DNA of 64,000 nucleotides from Candidatus Latescibacterota bacterium (GTDB lineage Bacteria; Latescibacterota; UBA2968; UBA8231): NCBI GenBank assembly GCA_965223905.1, contig CBDCXV010000010.1, positions 2,080,001 to 2,144,000 of the forward strand, read 5' to 3'. Shown piece by piece: positions 59,793 to 64,000 of this stretch (position 1 is its first letter; each line of letters starts with the position of its first letter). The notes under the pieces were generated by a model. It saw only the letters and a program-made list of their open reading frames with translations, ran no database searches and was not told where the DNA came from. The position numbers and the translations under genes were made by a program.

Positions 59793-60360
59793 TCACTCCC
59801 CAAACGACGCCTTGATCCGGGCCCACGAATCGGCCTCCACCACAGACCCGTCCCCGGCGTCTTGCCCGCTCAGATCGTCCGCCCCAAGCAACATGCCGTC
59901 GCTGAACTCCATATAGGCCCCTGAGGACGGATCGGATTGTAGATCATATATCGCTTGGTACCAGCCTGGTTTCGAATCTATATCGATCACAATGAGTCTG
60001 AAAATCAATCTCCGGATACTCGTTCACGTACGCGTCGTCGGCTCGGACAGCCGCCAGGTAGATCCGGGGGGGAGACTTCATCCAGCCCAGCCAGATCTGG
60101 ACATCCGGATCGGTGGGATGTCGCTGTAATGTATTGGAGTAATCGGGATTTTCCCACACAAAGAAGTCCAGCAGCGTCAAACTGGGCGGCCCCACCTCTA
60201 TCCAATCCTCGACTGAGCCGTCAGTCAGATCGATCGTCTCCCGCAACTCTTCGGTGATTTCGTAAAACGGATACACCCGGTCGCCTGTGTGTCCCAGCGT
60301 CGCACTGACGCCAACCAGACAAAACCCTGCTGTTGCTGCGAGCAGCCAGTGTGCTTTCAT
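59793..60360 (-). pseudogene. SWARIKAS paralog 4 with internal deletion and frameshift
   Basis: N-terminus closely matches paralog 5 up to VNEYP, then jumps out of frame to FRLIVID...SWARIKASFGE; central DGDHSGG region missing. Confidence 0.8.
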
Positions 60361-60543
60361 GTCAACTGCCCTCCTCTCTTTATCTCAGGCTCAGTCGCAC
60401 GATGTGCGCTTGATCCGCCGCGAAAGGTCTCGAACCCCGGGAGACGCATTTCCCGGACTCCCGAGCAGATGCTGCGCGGGCGGGAAGGGCTCGTGGTTAT
60501 TGAGGAGTTACCGTGGGGAAGCAGATTTGCCGCCCGTCTGGCT

Positions 60544-61473
60544 TCACTCCGCGAACGACGCCTTGATTCGGGCCCACGAGTCGGTCCTCACCACAGACCC
60601 GTCCCCGGCGTCTTGACCGCTCAGATCGTCCGCCCCAAGTAATATTCCATCATTAAACAATGTCCCTACCAGTTCGGCTTGCAGATCGTAGACCGCTTGA
60701 TACGAGACCGTGCGCGATTTCCAATCCACATCGTGCACGACGAATCTGAAGCCGATCGTCTTGCCCGCGTACAACTCCGATTTCACGCTCTCCTCCGGGC
60801 TGTTATACACGAAGAGATCAAACGGCGTCACGTAGAATTCGGTTATCGACACGGTCGGATTCTCTCCTGCGACAGCCCCGCCGCCAAGGCTGAACGGCGG
60901 CTCTTCCACCCATCGCTCCCATTCCCACAGAAACGACCACATCATTTGGACATTGCGTCCGTATGGCACCTCCGGCAGGGCGTGGTAAATTTGCGCTTGC
61001 TTGTTGTGACTCAAAAACCCTTCCTCTGATTCGTAACCCACTGTGGCCAGTAGCTCCCCACCGCTGTGGTCGCCATCGACCCCCAGAGCGATCGAGTCGT
61101 AGAACTCCATAAACTCCCAGGCATCCGGATACTCGTTTACGTACGCGTCGTCGGCTCGGACAGCGGCCACGTAGATCCTGGGGGGAGACTTCATCCAGCC
61201 CAACCAGATCTGGATATCCAGATCGCCGGGATGGCGCTGTGATGTGTTGGAGAAATTGGGATCATCTGCAACAAAGAAATCCAGCAGTGTCAGACTGGGC
61301 GGCCCCACCCCTAACCAATCCTCGATTGAGCCGTCAGTCAGATCGATCGTCTCCTGCAGCTCCTCGGTGATTTCGTAAAACGGATACACCCGGTCGCCTG
61401 TGTGTCCCAGCGCCACGCTGATACCAACCAGACAAAACCCTGCTGTTGCTGCGAGCAGCCAGTGTGCTCCCAT
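60544..61473 (-). CDS. SWARIKAS paralog 5 (intact)
   Basis: GGAGG RBS, MGAHWLLAATAG signal, HTGDRVYPFYE, DGDHSGG, tail VRTDSWARIKASFAE. Confidence 0.85.
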   Translation of the reverse strand: MGAHWLLAATAGFCLVGISVALGHTGDRVYPFYEITEELQETIDLTDGSIEDWLGVGPPSLTLLDFFVADDPNFSNTSQRHPGDLDIQIWLGWMKSPPRIYVAAVRADDAYVNEYPDAWEFMEFYDSIALGVDGDHSGGELLATVGYESEEGFLSHNKQAQIYHALPEVPYGRNVQMMWSFLWEWERWVEEPPFSLGGGAVAGENPTVSITEFYVTPFDLFVYNSPEESVKSELYAGKTIGFRFVVHDVDWKSRTVSYQAVYDLQAELVGTLFNDGILLGADDLSGQDAGDGSVVRTDSWARIKASFAE

Positions 61474-61493
61474 GTCACCGCCTCCTACCTTTA

Positions 61494-63059
61494 CCCTCTG
61501 GTTGCATAAAAACAGGGCTTTTTTCTTCTCCGGAGTGCACCTTGTCACTTGCGGCGCCCTCTGAAAAAGGGGGTATTTGATACGGTCACCCATGACCTGT
61601 ATCGACCCCTTCCAGGAGGACACCGCAAGTGAGGTTCAGAAAACAAGACATTTTGGCCCGTTTTCACAAGCTCCCGCGTCTTCGCTTCGAAGATCAACGG
61701 CTTACTTCCTTTGCGGGAGTGATCGTTTTTCAACTGCTCTTTCGGCGCTTGCATCTAAAGACTCGACTGAAGTCCTGCTTCCCCGCCAAAAGCGCAGCGA
61801 CCTTTGCTCCCCATGTCATTGTGTTGTTGCTCATCGTGCATCTGTTGCTGGGCTTCCGGCGGCTGCGGGACGTGGACTATTACCGGGACGATCCGGTGGT
61901 CCTGCGTTTGTTGGGCTTACGTCGCCTGCCGGATGTGGCCACCCTCAGTCGCGCGCTGGCAAAAATGGGCCATTCAAGTATCGCAAAAGTGCGACACCTG
62001 TCTTCGACCCTGGTCATGCAAGCGCTCCAGCGTGAGCGCTTCCCCCGTCTGACTCTCGACTTCGACGGCTCGGTGATCTCCACCTGTGGTCATGCCGAAG
62101 GGACCGCCGTTGGCTATAATCCGAAAAAGAAGGGGGCGCGCAGCTACTACAACCTGTTCTGCACGGTGGCGCAAACCGGACAGTTTCTGGATGTCCTTCA
62201 CCGGCCCGGCAACGTCCATGACAGCAAGGACGCCCATGCGTTCATGATGGACGCCTTCGATCGCGTGCGCGACGCCTTGGCGCCCACCGTGCTCGAGTCG
62301 CGACTGGACAGCGCCTTCTTCAGCCAAAACACGCTCACCCTCATGGACCTGTATGGCGTCGGATGCACGATCAGTGTCCCTTTCGAACGCTTTCCCGTAC
62401 TCAAGGACCAGATCGAAGCGCGCCAGCGCTGGCGCTACCTCGATGAGCACTGCTCCTATTTCGAGAGTGACTGGAAACCGGAAAGCTGGCCGGCCTGCTA
62501 CCGGTTTCTGTTTGTGCGCCGTGCGGTGCCGCGTCAGACCAAGCAAGCGCTGCAACTGGATCTGTTCGAACCCCGGCACATCGATCACGAGTACCGCGTT
62601 GTGGTTACCAACAAGTTGTGGTTACCAACAAGATGAACTCGCCACGCAGCGTGCTCCTCTTCCACTATGGCCGCGGCGCCCAGGAAGGGATCTTCGCCGA
62701 GGCCAAGCAACAGGCCGGGCTGGATCTGATCCCCACCCGACGGTTGCTCGGCAACCAGATGGTTACTTTGTGTGCGATGATGGCCCACAATCTGGGACGC
62801 GAAATGCAGATGCTGGCGCAGCCGCGATCGAACTATTCGCGCGCCAAACGGCCGGCGGCGTGGACCTTCCAAACCTTGGACACGCTGCGTCATCGCTTCA
62901 TTCAACGCGCCGGGCGCCTCACTCAGCCCAAGGGCGAGTTGACCCTGACCCTGAACTCCAATCCAAAAGTCGAGAAAGATCTGTTGCATTTCCTCGAAAT
63001 CCTGAAGGAAGCCGCCTGATCACAACCACCGCTTCAAACAGATTTATGCAACGTTAGGG
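61494..63059 (+). mobile_element. IS1380-family insertion sequence
   Basis: IRs CCCTctgGTTGCATAAA / reverse complement CCCTaacGTTGCATAAA; TTTA direct repeats at 61490-61493 and 63060-63063; ~1.57 kb. Confidence 0.88.
61629..63019 (+). pseudogene. IS1380 DDE transposase inactivated by a 17-bp tandem duplication
   Basis: LTSFAG, LDFDGSV, RPGNVH, RLDSAFF, RG.QE...E.K motifs; TTGTGGTTACCAACAAG repeated at 62599 and 62616. Confidence 0.9.
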
Positions 63060-63496
63060 TTTATATCTCAGGGCTCAGTCGCCCCATGTACGCTTCATCC
63101 ATTGCGAAAGAGTCTGGAACGCCGGTTGGCTGCGGTTTGATGTTAAACAAATACTCTCGCCATCGGGCGACCAGCCTGGTTCGAGGTCATCGGCCTCGCC
63201 GAAGGTCACCGCGTTCACCCTTGATCCGTTCAGGTCCAATGCGGTAGATCTCCCAGTTCCCGTTGGGTGCCACCCACGTGAAAATTGCAGAGGGAAACGT
63301 GCGGAGATACCATTTTTCGACCCGACATGTCAATGGCGCCATCCAGGTGGACGCGCGCCCGGAACGGCTCACCGGGGATGCAGGGGCAAACAGGATGAGC
63401 CATTGCGTCCGCCCACCTCGACTACCGCGAACGGCATGGCCTTCCAACCCCCTTGAACCGCTTGCAAACCGGCCCCCGGGAGAGCCGTGGTGAATA

Positions 63497-64000
63497 ATGA
63501 ACCCTGATCGGGAATTGCATTCCGACCGTTCCGGAGAAAAGCCGGCTCGACCCGTCTCGAGGGAGACGCTGGAGCGCCGGTTCCGCCGTCCCCCATGTGA
63601 ATACGGCCCCATCGACTGCTGGTGGTGGGAAGCGGGATCTCTCGACAAGGAGAGGATGCGGTGGCAGCTCGAGGAGATGAGCGAGAAAGGGATCGCCGGC
63701 ACCTGGTTCTACCCCAGGTTCACGTCCGGGGAGCCGCTCGCGTCCGATCCCCCTTACTGGACGGAGGAATGGTGGGACTTCGTCCGGTTCTCCATGGAGG
63801 AGCACCGGCGGCTGGGCATGGCAGCCTGGCTGAACGACTGGACCGCGCGCCAGTTCTTTCAGGACCGGCTGCGCGCCGAACGCGAGGGGAATCCCTCCCT
63901 GGGTGGGCGCCGTCTCGCTCTTCACACGGAGGAATCGACCGCCCCAGGCTGGATCGAGATCGCCGTTACTCCCGGGGAGGAAGTGCTCGACGCGGCCGCT
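63497..64000 (+). CDS. GH106-like (alpha-L-rhamnosidase-type) glycoside hydrolase, N-terminal part (runs off edge)
   Basis: Manual translation: FRRPPCEYGPIDCWWW...QLEEM..KGIAG...YWTEEWW..V........LGM.AWLND. Confidence 0.7.
   Translation, partial: MNPDRELHSDRSGEKPARPVSRETLERRFRRPPCEYGPIDCWWWEAGSLDKERMRWQLEEMSEKGIAGTWFYPRFTSGEPLASDPPYWTEEWWDFVRFSMEEHRRLGMAAWLNDWTARQFFQDRLRAEREGNPSLGGRRLALHTEESTAPGWIEIAVTPGEEVLDAAA

Noticed and set aside
52434-61473. Integron cassette array or CRISPR array
   Set aside because: The repeats are coding 3' ends; no attC-type RYYYAAC...GTTRRRY hairpins, no integrase, no short regularly spaced repeats or cas genes
63187-63340. TolB-like remnant (GNWEIYRI)
   Set aside because: A single short motif, too little to call

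Overview
A GC-rich bacterial window, probably from an uncultured FCB-superphylum lineage such as Latescibacterota or a relative (inferred from gene content). Most genes from 1 to 39.7 kb lie on the minus strand and encode envelope or secreted proteins: three CRTAC1/ASPIC FG-GAP proteins, an L-domain repeat lipoprotein, two tandem DUF3179 lipoproteins each with an in-frame UGA and a SECIS-like hairpin (likely selenoproteins), TPR/DUF4159/AgmX-like genes, three paralogous ~950-aa outer-membrane proteins, FlgD/T9SS-type CTD proteins and two ExbD genes. From 40 to 52 kb the plus strand carries an M28-FtsX fusion, UPF0182 and glycosidase-like genes. The 52-63 kb region is accessory. A 5.5-kb block bracketed by ~650-bp direct repeats encodes two CxxC redoxins, an A24 prepilin peptidase, a TolB-like propeller and a small precursor joining a Flp/pilin-like leader to a six-cysteine defensin/scorpion-toxin-like (CSαβ) domain; this is the best candidate for an undescribed system. 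It sits in an array of five diversified CBM9-like secreted paralogs sharing a C-terminal SWARIKAS tag, and an IS1380-family element follows. Several genes are frameshifted, some possibly through sequencing error. All family assignments come from visual motif recognition, not database searches.
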